This document shows positions 28,705 to 38,778 of a DNA stretch of 54,893 nt, piece after piece. This DNA is from Candidatus Poribacteria bacterium (lineage in GTDB: Bacteria; Poribacteria; WGA-4E; UBA9662). The translations under genes were made by a program, and so were the position numbers. The stretch lies in assembly GCA_036339735.1 (NCBI GenBank), contig JAYZAL010000042.1, positions 1 through 54,893 on the forward strand, written 5' to 3'. The notes below the pieces were generated by a model. The model had not been told where the DNA came from. It was given only the letters and a program-made list of their open reading frames with translations, and did no database searches. Every line of letters begins with the position of its first letter. Position 1 is the stretch's first letter.

Positions 28705-29763
28705 TTAATTATTCTTAGTCATAGTAACCGTCCGACGCTGCACCGACGGATCATAACCACTACCAATCGTACTTATCACGGCTCCTAGTAAACACAATAA
28801 CCCCAATAGTAGTGTGATTTGAAATGCGTCATTTCTGACGGTTCTACCACGGCCGTCCATTTTTCCTCTAGTTAAACCTGCAATATGGTTGTCAAATATA
28901 GACTTCAAATCCAGAACGCCAGTACCTGCCGGTATGTAGGCACCTTCGGTCAATAGAGCAATTTCACGTAACAGCTCACCATCTAAACGGCTCTTTACAA
29001 TCTCGCCATTACTATCCCGTAATATACTACGAGCGCCAGTTTCTGGATCGCTCATCATAATCTGACTACCATTTTCATCACCGAACCCAATAGAAAGAAC
29101 TCGAATACCTCGTTCTGCTGCTTCTTTGGCTGCTTCCAAGGGAAATGAATCGTGGTCTTCACCGTCAGTGATTAGTAAAATGGATCTTGAAACATCAGCA
29201 GTATCTCCAAACCCATCTATCGCTTTCCGAATTGGTTCCTCTAATCGTGTACCTCCGCGTGTTACACTGTGGGGACCGGATTGGTCCAATACCAACCTCA
29301 AAAAACCAAAATCGGGAGTTAATGGAGATACAACTGAGGCTCGGCCAGCAAAGGCAATTAAACCCACCTGATCTCCGCCCAGATAGGCTAGGAGGTCAAC
29401 TAATTCCGCTTTGGCACGCTCTAGTCGACTTGGTGCTACGTCTTCGGCTAGCATAGATTTCGATACATCCAAACAGACCATGATTTCCGCTCCAACTCTC
29501 GGGGTTGTAATGAATTTGACGCCCCATTGTGGTCGCATTAATGATAGAACTAGGAATATGCAACAAAGACTAAGTAAGATTATACGTATATATCTCCTAT
29601 TTGGAGGAATTGATCGTACTAGCCGAGACTGTAGCAATGGGTGTATAAATTGGGAGAGGTCCCCGCCTGCACGCGTCTCCAGCCAGATCATTATTCCTAC
29701 AAAGGCCACGATGCCCAAGAACAGAGGGGACCATTGTGGTTCAGCAAAATAAAGATTGTTCAT
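28705..29763 (-). CDS. batB: BatB-like vWA domain membrane protein
   Basis: N-terminal TMs, LMRPQWG, MIDAS DVSKS, PSRLERAK, ITDGEDH, C-terminal TM. Confidence 0.88.
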   Translation of the reverse strand: MNNLYFAEPQWSPLFLGIVAFVGIMIWLETRAGGDLSQFIHPLLQSRLVRSIPPNRRYIRIILLSLCCIFLVLSLMRPQWGVKFITTPRVGAEIMVCLDVSKSMLAEDVAPSRLERAKAELVDLLAYLGGDQVGLIAFAGRASVVSPLTPDFGFLRLVLDQSGPHSVTRGGTRLEEPIRKAIDGFGDTADVSRSILLITDGEDHDSFPLEAAKEAAERGIRVLSIGFGDENGSQIMMSDPETGARSILRDSNGEIVKSRLDGELLREIALLTEGAYIPAGTGVLDLKSIFDNHIAGLTRGKMDGRGRTVRNDAFQITLLLGLLCLLGAVISTIGSGYDPSVQRRTVTMTKNN

Positions 29764-30791
29764 GGCAACCTCCGTAGCATTGTACCTCCAGCTAGTACTG
29801 ATAACGAAATGAATATCAAAGCCAGTAAAACAAATGTACTAAAGTGCTCTCGATACTGCAAGTAACGAATTTCGGTTACTTCGCTGCGTTCTAACGCATC
29901 TATCTCCTTGTAAACTCTTTTTAACCCGTCAGCATCACGTGCGTGAAAATACTTACCACCTGTTCTAATAGCAATATCTTTTAACGTATCCTCATCGATT
30001 TCCACTCGGGCACTTTTCAGGGCGACCCTACCGTCAGCTAAATTAACAGGGAACGGAGCATAACCGGTAATACCAGCTCCTATCGTATATACTTTTATGT
30101 CATTGGCGGCAGCCAAGTTGGCTGCTTGCAAGGGCTGTATTTCTCCTGCATTACTAACACCATCCGTGAGTAATATCACCACTTTAGATTTGGCTTGATG
30201 CTGTCGTAACCGCTCCACAGCCAAAGCTAAACCTTCTCCCACGGCAGTGGCTGCTTCTGATTGTTGCCGGGCAACTTCTATATCATCCATAATGGATATC
30301 AAATTCCCATGATCTAGTGTCAACGGACACACCCCATCAGCGTAGGTACCGAAAGTGATTATGCCAACTAGATCGTTGGGGCGACCTTCTCCAGATTGTC
30401 CACCTAATACAAATTCTTTCAGTACATTCTTGAGGGCTGATAATCTACTAACACTGTCATCTCCCTCAACGAAATCACGTGCGTTCATAGAACCTGAACG
30501 ATCGATTGCCATAATCAAGGCAATACCTTCTCTTTTAATTTTGCTGGTTGCATCTCCCGTTCTAGGACCAGCTAAAGCTAATGCGATACACAGTTGAGCT
30601 AGCGCCAGTAGTATAGCCGGCAAATGAGATAGATAAACTCGAATAGTACGTGGAGCTTGATTAGGCAAATCAAGGCTAGAATATGTAACCGAAGACGGTA
30701 TACGGACAGAAAGCCAATAAACTAAGGGGGCAAGCAAACCTACTAGCAGAAAAAGTGGATCACGAAATTCCCATCCTATTGAACTAACCAT
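29760..30791 (-). CDS. batA: BatA-like vWA domain membrane protein
   Basis: ALAGPR, MIDAS DRSGSM, PLTLDH, TAVGEGLALA, KSKVVILLTDG, IKVYTIGAG, TGGKYFHA; 4-bp overlap with the next gene. Confidence 0.92.
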   Translation of the reverse strand: MVSSIGWEFRDPLFLLVGLLAPLVYWLSVRIPSSVTYSSLDLPNQAPRTIRVYLSHLPAILLALAQLCIALALAGPRTGDATSKIKREGIALIMAIDRSGSMNARDFVEGDDSVSRLSALKNVLKEFVLGGQSGEGRPNDLVGIITFGTYADGVCPLTLDHGNLISIMDDIEVARQQSEAATAVGEGLALAVERLRQHQAKSKVVILLTDGVSNAGEIQPLQAANLAAANDIKVYTIGAGITGYAPFPVNLADGRVALKSARVEIDEDTLKDIAIRTGGKYFHARDADGLKRVYKEIDALERSEVTEIRYLQYREHFSTFVLLALIFISLSVLAGGTMLRRLP

Positions 30792-31989
30792 TATTTTGCC
30801 TTTTCTGTTCTGATACTGTACTCGTCGATTCGTCTATAGCGACAACAGAGTAATCATTTTGCAATGATCTGTCTCCATTTCCTTTTTTTTGTGATTCAAG
30901 ATGCTCCTCTAATAGAGGAGCATCTTGCTTTGTTTGCTCAAGAAAATTGGTAGCTGAACTTAGTGCATTATCAATCGAATGAGCATCTGGGATGTGTTGG
31001 GCGAACTTGACTTGATCAGCTTGACGCAAGAATTCTTGCAGGAAGCTTTTATGTTCTGATGTTAAGTCGGGCGAGGTAGCAGCCACTTCTAAAAACTCTT
31101 CTGTTGTTAACTCAGGTGCATGTAAGTTAAACCGATCTTCTAAATAGCGACGAACAATATCTGAGAGTTCAACAAAAAAGATGCCAATTTCTTCTTCTCT
31201 AGGTTTGGGTCGAGATCTCAGTCTACTTAATCGACTATTAGCGATATCATAAGCACTTCTTCGACGTTTACCAATTCGGTGCTGTTGCCATAAACGTAAT
31301 AAAAAGGGCAGCCCTATTAGCAAAATCCCTAACCCAACAATAGCAATCCAAATTGGAGTTCGAATTGACCCCAGTGGCTTTAGCTTTCCAAGTGGAGCTT
31401 TTAACTCTTTCGAGGCGCCACTTGGAACGACTGACTTGACATTAAATTCAATTCGCTCCGTCAATATTTCATAAGCATCTTCACCTTCGGGTGCTAATCT
31501 ATTCCCTGATCGTCGATCAACGAATTCGATCATCAGAGGAGGAATAGATTGCGGTCCAGACCCTGATGTTTGTAGTCGGTATCGATATGTGACTATCGTT
31601 TTACCTTGATCATCAATTACCTCTCTAGGAACGAAGTCTAGAATAGTGAATCTTTCTAGGGATTGACCGAACTCTGGCATGAGCAGTTCCACCTCAGCCT
31701 CGGCACTGACCTGAAGCGTTAAGGTTAAAACATCCCCTATAGTTGGTTCTGACGGCTCTAACTTCACTTCAGTCTTCACTGGGCCACGCTGGGTAATTTT
31801 CTCAATTTTTTTATTAGAACTCGATTTGATCAGATTTTGTTGATCTTTTTTTGAGATCTTTTCTTCCGCTGATGTCAAGTTTTGGGCAAATGTATGTACA
31901 GTGAAAAGAAAGGCTAAGGATATATAACAAGCGGCTAGGTAACCGTACGCCGTTATATTATCAGTAAAATTTGAAAAATTAGTAATCAT
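30784..31989 (-). CDS. Bat-operon membrane protein (BatD-like Ig domain, TM, DUF4381-like C-terminus)
   Basis: TIGDVLTLTLQV, single TM, LSDIVRRYLEDRF...ELTTEEFL...ADQVKFA conserved in genes between DUF58 and batA. Confidence 0.8.
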   Translation of the reverse strand: MITNFSNFTDNITAYGYLAACYISLAFLFTVHTFAQNLTSAEEKISKKDQQNLIKSSSNKKIEKITQRGPVKTEVKLEPSEPTIGDVLTLTLQVSAEAEVELLMPEFGQSLERFTILDFVPREVIDDQGKTIVTYRYRLQTSGSGPQSIPPLMIEFVDRRSGNRLAPEGEDAYEILTERIEFNVKSVVPSGASKELKAPLGKLKPLGSIRTPIWIAIVGLGILLIGLPFLLRLWQQHRIGKRRRSAYDIANSRLSRLRSRPKPREEEIGIFFVELSDIVRRYLEDRFNLHAPELTTEEFLEVAATSPDLTSEHKSFLQEFLRQADQVKFAQHIPDAHSIDNALSSATNFLEQTKQDAPLLEEHLESQKKGNGDRSLQNDYSVVAIDESTSTVSEQKRQNNG

Positions 31990-32990
31990 CGACGTGACCG
32001 TTTTTCTCGCATTCTGAAGAATTTGACCAGAGGGTCGACTACTGATCCTGAGGCATCAATGTGGATGAAATCAATTCCTCTTTTTCTCAAATTTTGTTCT
32101 AGTTCTGAAATTCGCTGTTTTCCAGCAAGGGTCATTGAGGTTTTAAAAGAACTTGAACTTGTGTCATACAAACGGGTGCCCCCATTTTCAGAATCCTTTA
32201 GTGCTATTAAACCGATAGAAGGCATTTCCAATTCTCTAGGGTCGCTTATCAATACCGAAACAACATCATGTTTTCGGTTAGCCGTCATTAACGACTGTTG
32301 ATAATTTTCATCCATAAAATCACTTACTAAGAAGCAGACGGATTTTCTCTTGGATACAGACAATAAAAACTCCATTGCTTGGCTAATATCAGTACCGCGA
32401 TCAGCAGACCTCAGGCGACCTGTATGTGAAGACTTCTTATCCTGTGTACTTTTTTTCCAGTTATTAAAAAGCCGTTGCCACAATTTTAATTTTGCATCTT
32501 GGTTTTGTTTCTTATTGTCTGGTAGGTTTTGACCGTGAGCTAAAACCTCACGAACGACGCGTAGAGCGTGTTTTTGACCTTTTCTTGGTGGTATAAATTG
32601 TTCAATCCCTCCGTGAAACAGGCACAAACCTACTTTGTCATCATTTTGAATAGCCGAAAACGCCAGCAACGCGCAGAGCTCAGCTGCAGCATCTCGCTTA
32701 CTTCGTTGGCTAGATCCAAATTCTTGGGATGGAGAAATATCGGCAATTAACATTAATGTCAGTTGTCTTTCCTCGACATATCGTTTCACGAAAGGTTCAC
32801 CTACACGTGCCGTCACATTCCAATCGATTGAGCGAATATCGTCACCAGGTATATAAGGTCTTACCTCATCAAACTCAATTCCTCCACCTTTAAAAACAGA
32901 TACGTATTCTCCTGCTAATACGTCAGCCACATGCCTACCAGTACGTACCTGAATTTCCTTAACTCGGCGGATAATCTCACTTGCTAACAT
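31986..32990 (-). CDS. DUF58 domain protein
   Basis: GEYVSVFKGGGIEFDEVRPYIPGDDIRSIDWNVTAR, VKRYVEER, NDDKVGL, LVSDF. Confidence 0.95.
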   Translation of the reverse strand: MLASEIIRRVKEIQVRTGRHVADVLAGEYVSVFKGGGIEFDEVRPYIPGDDIRSIDWNVTARVGEPFVKRYVEERQLTLMLIADISPSQEFGSSQRSKRDAAAELCALLAFSAIQNDDKVGLCLFHGGIEQFIPPRKGQKHALRVVREVLAHGQNLPDNKKQNQDAKLKLWQRLFNNWKKSTQDKKSSHTGRLRSADRGTDISQAMEFLLSVSKRKSVCFLVSDFMDENYQQSLMTANRKHDVVSVLISDPRELEMPSIGLIALKDSENGGTRLYDTSSSSFKTSMTLAGKQRISELEQNLRKRGIDFIHIDASGSVVDPLVKFFRMREKRSRR

Positions 32991-33005
32991 TATTTACAAC
33001 CAACA

Positions 33006-33992
33006 TTATGGAACTAAAACCGAGTCTAAAATTACCTGAATAATATCTTCTGCAGACTTTCCTTCAGCCTCGGCTTCATAACTGAGCATTATACGATGCC
33101 TGAGCACATCGGGTGCAATAGTTTTAACATCATGTGGAGTAATGTAATTTCTTCCCTGTAAAAATGCATGCCCTTTAGCTCCTTGCATTAGAAAAATCGA
33201 TGCTCGAGGGCTAGCACCATATTCAATCATACCTTCGACTTCTGCTGGATTCTGACCTGATTCTACTCGGGTGGCTTGGACCACATCTACAATATAATTT
33301 CTGACCTTTTCATCAACGAAGACTTGATCGACCATTTGCCTGGCGGCAAAGATTTCTTCAGGATTAGTTACTTTATCCACTTTGGGTTGAGACTGACTGA
33401 TAGTCATACGATCCAATATTTTCCTTTCTTCGTCTTTATTAGGATAGCCAACTTTAATCTTAAGCATAAAACGGTCTACTTGGGCTTCAGGTAAAGGGTA
33501 AGTTCCTTCTTGGTCAATTGGATTTTGAGTCGCTAGTACCATAAAGGGTTGATCCATTTTGTATGTTTGCCCACCGATTGTTGCTTGCTGCTCCTGCATC
33601 GTTTCTAATAGTGCTGCTTGTACTTTTGCTGGAGCTCGATTAATCTCATCTGCTAAGACAAAGTTAGAAAATATCGGACCTTTCTTAATGCTATAAGTAG
33701 CTTCTTTAGGATTGAATATTTCAGTTCCAACGACATCTGCAGGTAACATGTCCGGAGTAAATTGGATACGAGAAAAACCTGTATCTACGGCTTCTGCTAA
33801 GACTTTGACTGCTGTTGTTTTGGCTAAACCTGGCATTCCTTCTATCAGGACATGGCCACCAGCTAATATTCCTGTTAACAAACGGCTAACCATGGTTTCT
33901 TGACCGACCAAAACCTTGTTAATCTCGTTGATAAGTTTGATTCCAAAGTCCTTTAGATGATCGGGGTTTTGTTTTTCAGTTTCAGTACTCAT
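33006..33992 (-). CDS. moxR: MoxR family AAA+ ATPase
   Basis: Walker A GMPGLAKT, RIQFTPDMLPAD, Walker B LADEINRAPAKVQ, ATQNPIDQEGTYPLPEAQVDRF, GASPRA; GAGG RBS. Confidence 0.96.
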   Translation of the reverse strand: MSTETEKQNPDHLKDFGIKLINEINKVLVGQETMVSRLLTGILAGGHVLIEGMPGLAKTTAVKVLAEAVDTGFSRIQFTPDMLPADVVGTEIFNPKEATYSIKKGPIFSNFVLADEINRAPAKVQAALLETMQEQQATIGGQTYKMDQPFMVLATQNPIDQEGTYPLPEAQVDRFMLKIKVGYPNKDEERKILDRMTISQSQPKVDKVTNPEEIFAARQMVDQVFVDEKVRNYIVDVVQATRVESGQNPAEVEGMIEYGASPRASIFLMQGAKGHAFLQGRNYITPHDVKTIAPDVLRHRIMLSYEAEAEGKSAEDIIQVILDSVLVP

Positions 33993-34277
33993 TATGTGAA
34001 CCTCACAAATTAGTAATTATGTTTCTTTTAGCAGTCTATAACAACTTAGTTTTCTCTAATACTGGTGCTAAAACCTGTACTTGAACACTAGATTATCATT
34101 GTTATTGTTAAGTCTAAGAACTTAATCGCAATTCATATTTCTTTACAGGATAAAGTCCAAAGATTGGTGTGCCAATTTCACTTTAGTTTTTTGATTCCAA
34201 ATTTGACCAATTTTTAAAATGAATGATCGAGTTTACCCGAATACAGTTTCTTAATAAGTAAGTAGTAAGGATGATAA

Positions 34278-35231
34278 TTAATGTTCAACGTGTTTTGAAG
34301 ATTTCTGATATTTTTTGACTGCTAGTAAATTCTTTTTTCTTCTTTTTATTTTTTTATCTTCACTGGACATGATTTGGGTGTAGTATTTCTTGTTACTGAT
34401 TACTCTTCCACACTTCAAGCTACAAGAGTTTTGTCTAGAATTAGTGGGAGAGAATGTTGCCTGGCACTCAGGACAAATTTTTAATTTGCACTTTTCCGAC
34501 ATTAATATTTTTTCATGCAATTGCTTATATGCTAAGGCAACTAAATCTCTGTGATTGCTAACTTGGCGAATGGGCTTGTAGTCCCCAAATGAGTCTTCAA
34601 ATTCGATTTTAGTGTCAATCCTTTGTAAATGACTATTGATTTCATCTAATCGTGAACGCTCATTGTTTACTGAATTATCAGGTTGAAACTTTCTTTTTAA
34701 ATTTGACTCCAGTATTTTGTATAATTCTGAATCCGGCAAAACATCTTTTTTTAAATTGAAATAAGAATACTGATCAGCAAAATCAATCTGGTAATTCCAC
34801 ATTTGATCGACAGAAAAAATTATCGTCGGATGATGAGTATCCATCCAAGTATAATCAACATGATCGAATCCCCACCTGGTCATGAAATTTACCGCCTTTC
34901 TTTTTTCAATTTCAATCGTAGTCGATTTTTTAATGTAATTTGGCTTTCTTAGATTAAAAAACTCCTCGTAAAAATTATTCAAATTAGGTTTATCTGTTCT
35001 TTTTTCTTCAGACTCTCTATCATATTTTATTAATTCAACATACGCATCATGTTGAATTTGCCTAGCTCTACAGGATTTATGACTAGATCGAGGTTTAACC
35101 AGACCGGGAACGACGGAATCATATCCTACATCCTGCTCCTCCCATTCCAATCCATCCCAGTCGATGATCCAACTGAATTCTCCGGGACCTTTTTGTACGT
35201 AATCGCCCCATTTCATAATTTTAATAGTCAT
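34278..35231 (-). CDS. Hypothetical protein with C-terminal CGNR-like zinc finger and basic tail
   Basis: LKICPECQATF...QNSCSLKCGR (CxxC...CxxxC) followed by a Lys/Arg-rich helix; N-terminal 240 aa not recognised. Confidence 0.7.
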   Translation of the reverse strand: MTIKIMKWGDYVQKGPGEFSWIIDWDGLEWEEQDVGYDSVVPGLVKPRSSHKSCRARQIQHDAYVELIKYDRESEEKRTDKPNLNNFYEEFFNLRKPNYIKKSTTIEIEKRKAVNFMTRWGFDHVDYTWMDTHHPTIIFSVDQMWNYQIDFADQYSYFNLKKDVLPDSELYKILESNLKRKFQPDNSVNNERSRLDEINSHLQRIDTKIEFEDSFGDYKPIRQVSNHRDLVALAYKQLHEKILMSEKCKLKICPECQATFSPTNSRQNSCSLKCGRVISNKKYYTQIMSSEDKKIKRRKKNLLAVKKYQKSSKHVEH

Positions 35232-35669
35232 AAAAGCTATTCATCAGAACCTCAATCGGGCAGTATTATATCTTATGAATTGGTGAAATCAAGAAACTGT
35301 GAAATTAGATTGTCCATCCATCTAAAAAATAGTTCAAGTTACATATTCTAACTCATACCCAAATAGAGCGTAATTTTACCCACTTCACTTTGTAACGAGC
35401 AGTTTTTCTATTGGTTTGCATGCAACAAGCAGTCGAGACAATTATGAACTTAGAAAAGTCAGATAAAATATCATTAATCAAGAAATCTATCACCGAAAAA
35501 ATATTAAGGTAAAGCGAAAAATGTGTTTTTTCATAATTCAATAGTAAAGATCTGAATTATAAATTGTGAAATGGTTATGCTAGTATAACCACGGAGGGGT
35601 CATTGGCTTAATCAAAGAACAGGTACTAATCTTTACACCGATATCTATTTTGATTGGCGGTGATTAGTA

Positions 35670-35686
35670 AATTGATTGAATCAATT
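35670..35686. promoter_or_regulatory. Perfect 8-1-8 palindrome AATTGATT-G-AATCAATT (candidate operator)
   Basis: Read directly, in the divergent region between the zinc-finger gene and the metallophosphoesterase; AT-rich, so chance occurrence is possible. Confidence 0.35.
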
Positions 35687-35829
35687 AGCCTAAGCCTAAC
35701 AAGGAAAGTGGAATGATATTTTTGTTTTGTTATCAGAAAAACCCCTGATTAAATATTCAAGTAATTACGCTTACTCTCACTATTATCGTCAAAATAAAAC
35801 ATGATCAAAAACCGATCGGAGATAAAATC

Positions 35830-36810
35830 GTGCTCAATAAACACTTATTGGATCCTTTGTTGGAAGATAGTCTAATATGTCAAGGTACTGAGAAATCTAA
35901 TTCACTCGAATCATCAAAAAATAGTGTTAGTTTCAAGGAGAACCCGATTCGATTCGGGGTTATTGCAGACTTACACCATGACTTGATGCACGACGGTATT
36001 GATCGTATGAAATCATTTCTGAATAGAATTTCAATGAATCCAGTGGATGCAATCATACAACTCGGGGATTTTGCTTATCCCAATGCAAAAAACGCGGATA
36101 TCATTAACCTATTCAATCAAGCACATGAACACTCCCTACATGTAATTGGAAACCATGATACCGATTCCGCACACACTAAACAAATGTGCCTAAACTTTTG
36201 GGGGATGCCTTCCCCTTATTACACACAACAAATTGGCGAATTCATATTTCTAGTCCTGGATGGGAATGAGTTGGGTTCACCAACATACCAAGGAGGTTAC
36301 CCGTCTTATATTTCTGGCGAGCAAATGGACTGGTTAAACGAACAATTAGAAATCATAGAGGGACCAATAATTATTATTTCGCATCAGCCGCTTGCAGGTA
36401 ATTTCGCTATTGATAATGCCGTTGAAGTGCAATCGGCTTTGGAGCGGTCGTCAGACAAAATTATCCTCGCTATCAATGGACATTCCCACATAGACGAAGT
36501 GCTAAACATCAACGGCATTTCATACATTCATGTCAATTCAGCTTCGTATTACTGGGTTGGTGATCCTTATAAACACGATTCATATCCACAAAAAATACAC
36601 CAAAACTTCCCTTGGATTTCTTATACTTGTCCTTACAGAGATTCTCTTTTTGCGATTTTTACAATTGATCTAAATAGCCGGTCAATTGAGATTGAAGGAC
36701 GACATAGTCAGTGGGTTGGGAAGTCACCTTTCGACCTTAATTACCAAACAACTCCTGATTTGAAACATAACCATCAGATTACACCAATGATTAGAAATCG
36801 TTTTTTATAA
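35830..36810 (+). CDS. Calcineurin-like metallophosphoesterase
   Basis: ADLH, LGDF, GNHD, SHQP and GHSH metal motifs; GGAG before a GTG start. Confidence 0.92.
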   Translation: MLNKHLLDPLLEDSLICQGTEKSNSLESSKNSVSFKENPIRFGVIADLHHDLMHDGIDRMKSFLNRISMNPVDAIIQLGDFAYPNAKNADIINLFNQAHEHSLHVIGNHDTDSAHTKQMCLNFWGMPSPYYTQQIGEFIFLVLDGNELGSPTYQGGYPSYISGEQMDWLNEQLEIIEGPIIIISHQPLAGNFAIDNAVEVQSALERSSDKIILAINGHSHIDEVLNINGISYIHVNSASYYWVGDPYKHDSYPQKIHQNFPWISYTCPYRDSLFAIFTIDLNSRSIEIEGRHSQWVGKSPFDLNYQTTPDLKHNHQITPMIRNRFL

Positions 36811-36930
36811 TATAAACCACAACGTGAGTCAGTCGGTTATCTGTCTGTATTTCTGCAAACAAAAATTTTTTGAAATGTGGTCAAGATCCCTATTTTAACC
36901 AGGCTTTATTTTTATCAGGAAATTATGCCT

Positions 36931-38523
36931 TTAGTTGATTATAGAACTGGTGATAGCTGAAATGAATTTTTCATGATTATTCTCAAAATTTTCTCCTGCC
37001 CTTGCACGTGTCATAGAAATTACGAGTTCGTTTTTCAAATCGACCCGCAAAGTACAAGATGATGCTGAACCATGCCCAATAGTTTTTTTGCTAAGACCTC
37101 CTTCCTCAAATTCGGTCAATCCGATTCCCCAAGTAATATCAGTGTTTGGCCCCAAAATCGAATTTAATCTCTGTGGCAACATTTGCCCAAATTTTTCCTC
37201 ACTGAAAAATAAATACTTGTTATAAGTTCCTCGATTACAAAGCATTTGGCCTATGATGGCCAAATCATAGGCATTTGACCAAGTCAACGCTGAACCATCA
37301 ACTGATTCAATAGATTGACAGCCCAAGGGCCCAAACAAGTATTTTTGATAAAGGTCTGGCAGAGTCATTCCAGTGATGTACTCAAGGGCTTTGAGCGCAA
37401 TGCCAATACTCGTCCCGTTGTACCGATGTTCTCGGCCGATATTTAGATATGGGTATGCTTCACCGTAGATTTGTTCTAAATCATTCCAAGTGTCTGTGAA
37501 GTGCTCATCCATATCAGCCGTATGAGTAAACAAATGACGAAAGGTTACAGGAGTTTCGATCTTTTTATCGGAAAATTGTGGCAAAATATTACTGACGGGA
37601 TCATCCAATTTAACTAATCCTTTTTCCACAAAAATCATAAACAATGTACCTGATATTGCTTTAGTTATGGAATAAACCAAATGCTTAGTATCTGGAGTTA
37701 CGGGTTCTCCATTTCTTTCACCATACCCTTGGTTGAAAAATAATATTCCTTTTCTGGCGATACAAACGTTAAATGGCTCTGATGATTCTTTTAACCAAGT
37801 ATTTAGGATTTTGTCTAGTTTTTGAATAATTCCTGATTCCATCCCCGCTGTATTTTCTGTTCCTTCGATTAAAAGTGGAAATGATGTGTTGTTTTCTGTT
37901 CTAGTACTAACCGGGATCTCAGACACACGGCTTTCACTACCATTTATTTTTTGTTTTAGCTTTAACCACCACCTTCTGTCTCTGGTGATGGCGCTATCTA
38001 ATTGAGAAAGTGATTGGCAACCAGAATCTATTTCACTCAGGCCAGAAAGTAAAATTGCAAACTCATGAGATCGGTTTTTATCTCGTTCAATAGCTGCGGT
38101 AATGAATGTATTTATGGTCTGACTCTGATTTTTCCAAATCGAAGAATCTAATCCTAAATATTTCGGGAAAAGGATTGCTCCTTCTAGCGGATCATCTACC
38201 AAAATCGGTTTAGTTTCTTCACATCTAAATAGAGTTCTATATCGAATGTATTCTATCCCATCTTGGGCCGTAATTTTCACCACAGCTCCATACCTACCCG
38301 GATCCTCGGCTGTTTTGACTATTTTAAATTCCTTTGAGTAGAAAACGACGTCAATCTTATAGTCTCCTAGCAGCGCCTTTGCCTTTTCAGTATTTATGAA
38401 TTTCCCCTTGGGGAACTCATTGTCTTCACTAGGTGAGAAGACACAGGGCTGAAAGACAAAATTTAGGTTGATCATTTCTCTGAATCTGTTTTCAGGTTTC
38501 ATAAAAGTAGGGTCAATATTCAT
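36931..38523 (-). CDS. Serine hydrolase (beta-lactamase/class C-like) with unknown N-terminal domain
   Basis: SxxK (YSITK), LDDPV, TFRHLFTHTA, RYNG, IGHGS; no signal peptide. Confidence 0.88.
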   Translation of the reverse strand: MNIDPTFMKPENRFREMINLNFVFQPCVFSPSEDNEFPKGKFINTEKAKALLGDYKIDVVFYSKEFKIVKTAEDPGRYGAVVKITAQDGIEYIRYRTLFRCEETKPILVDDPLEGAILFPKYLGLDSSIWKNQSQTINTFITAAIERDKNRSHEFAILLSGLSEIDSGCQSLSQLDSAITRDRRWWLKLKQKINGSESRVSEIPVSTRTENNTSFPLLIEGTENTAGMESGIIQKLDKILNTWLKESSEPFNVCIARKGILFFNQGYGERNGEPVTPDTKHLVYSITKAISGTLFMIFVEKGLVKLDDPVSNILPQFSDKKIETPVTFRHLFTHTADMDEHFTDTWNDLEQIYGEAYPYLNIGREHRYNGTSIGIALKALEYITGMTLPDLYQKYLFGPLGCQSIESVDGSALTWSNAYDLAIIGQMLCNRGTYNKYLFFSEEKFGQMLPQRLNSILGPNTDITWGIGLTEFEEGGLSKKTIGHGSASSCTLRVDLKNELVISMTRARAGENFENNHEKFISAITSSIIN

Positions 38524-38778
38524 TTCGCTCTCTCTTCTGTATCGGGAATCGGTAATAATGAGATTTTAAATTTGGGAGGATACGACATAACTGGCGGTCC
38601 GTGATAACATATCACAAGCAAGTAAGAAACTCTACGTCGGCTGGTAGGCAATTACATCCAATAATATTGGTTGGCACATGGAGGGAAACAAACTCAAGTA
38701 TCAGAAGTTTCTTGAAGGTCCCAAATAGGAAAAATCGTTATCAAGTTGTGCTGATCATCAACAAATAACTAATCTAGT

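Noticed and set aside
35670-35686. FNR/CRP-type site
   Set aside because: TTGAT and ATCAA are 3 nt apart rather than 4; kept only as a generic palindrome.
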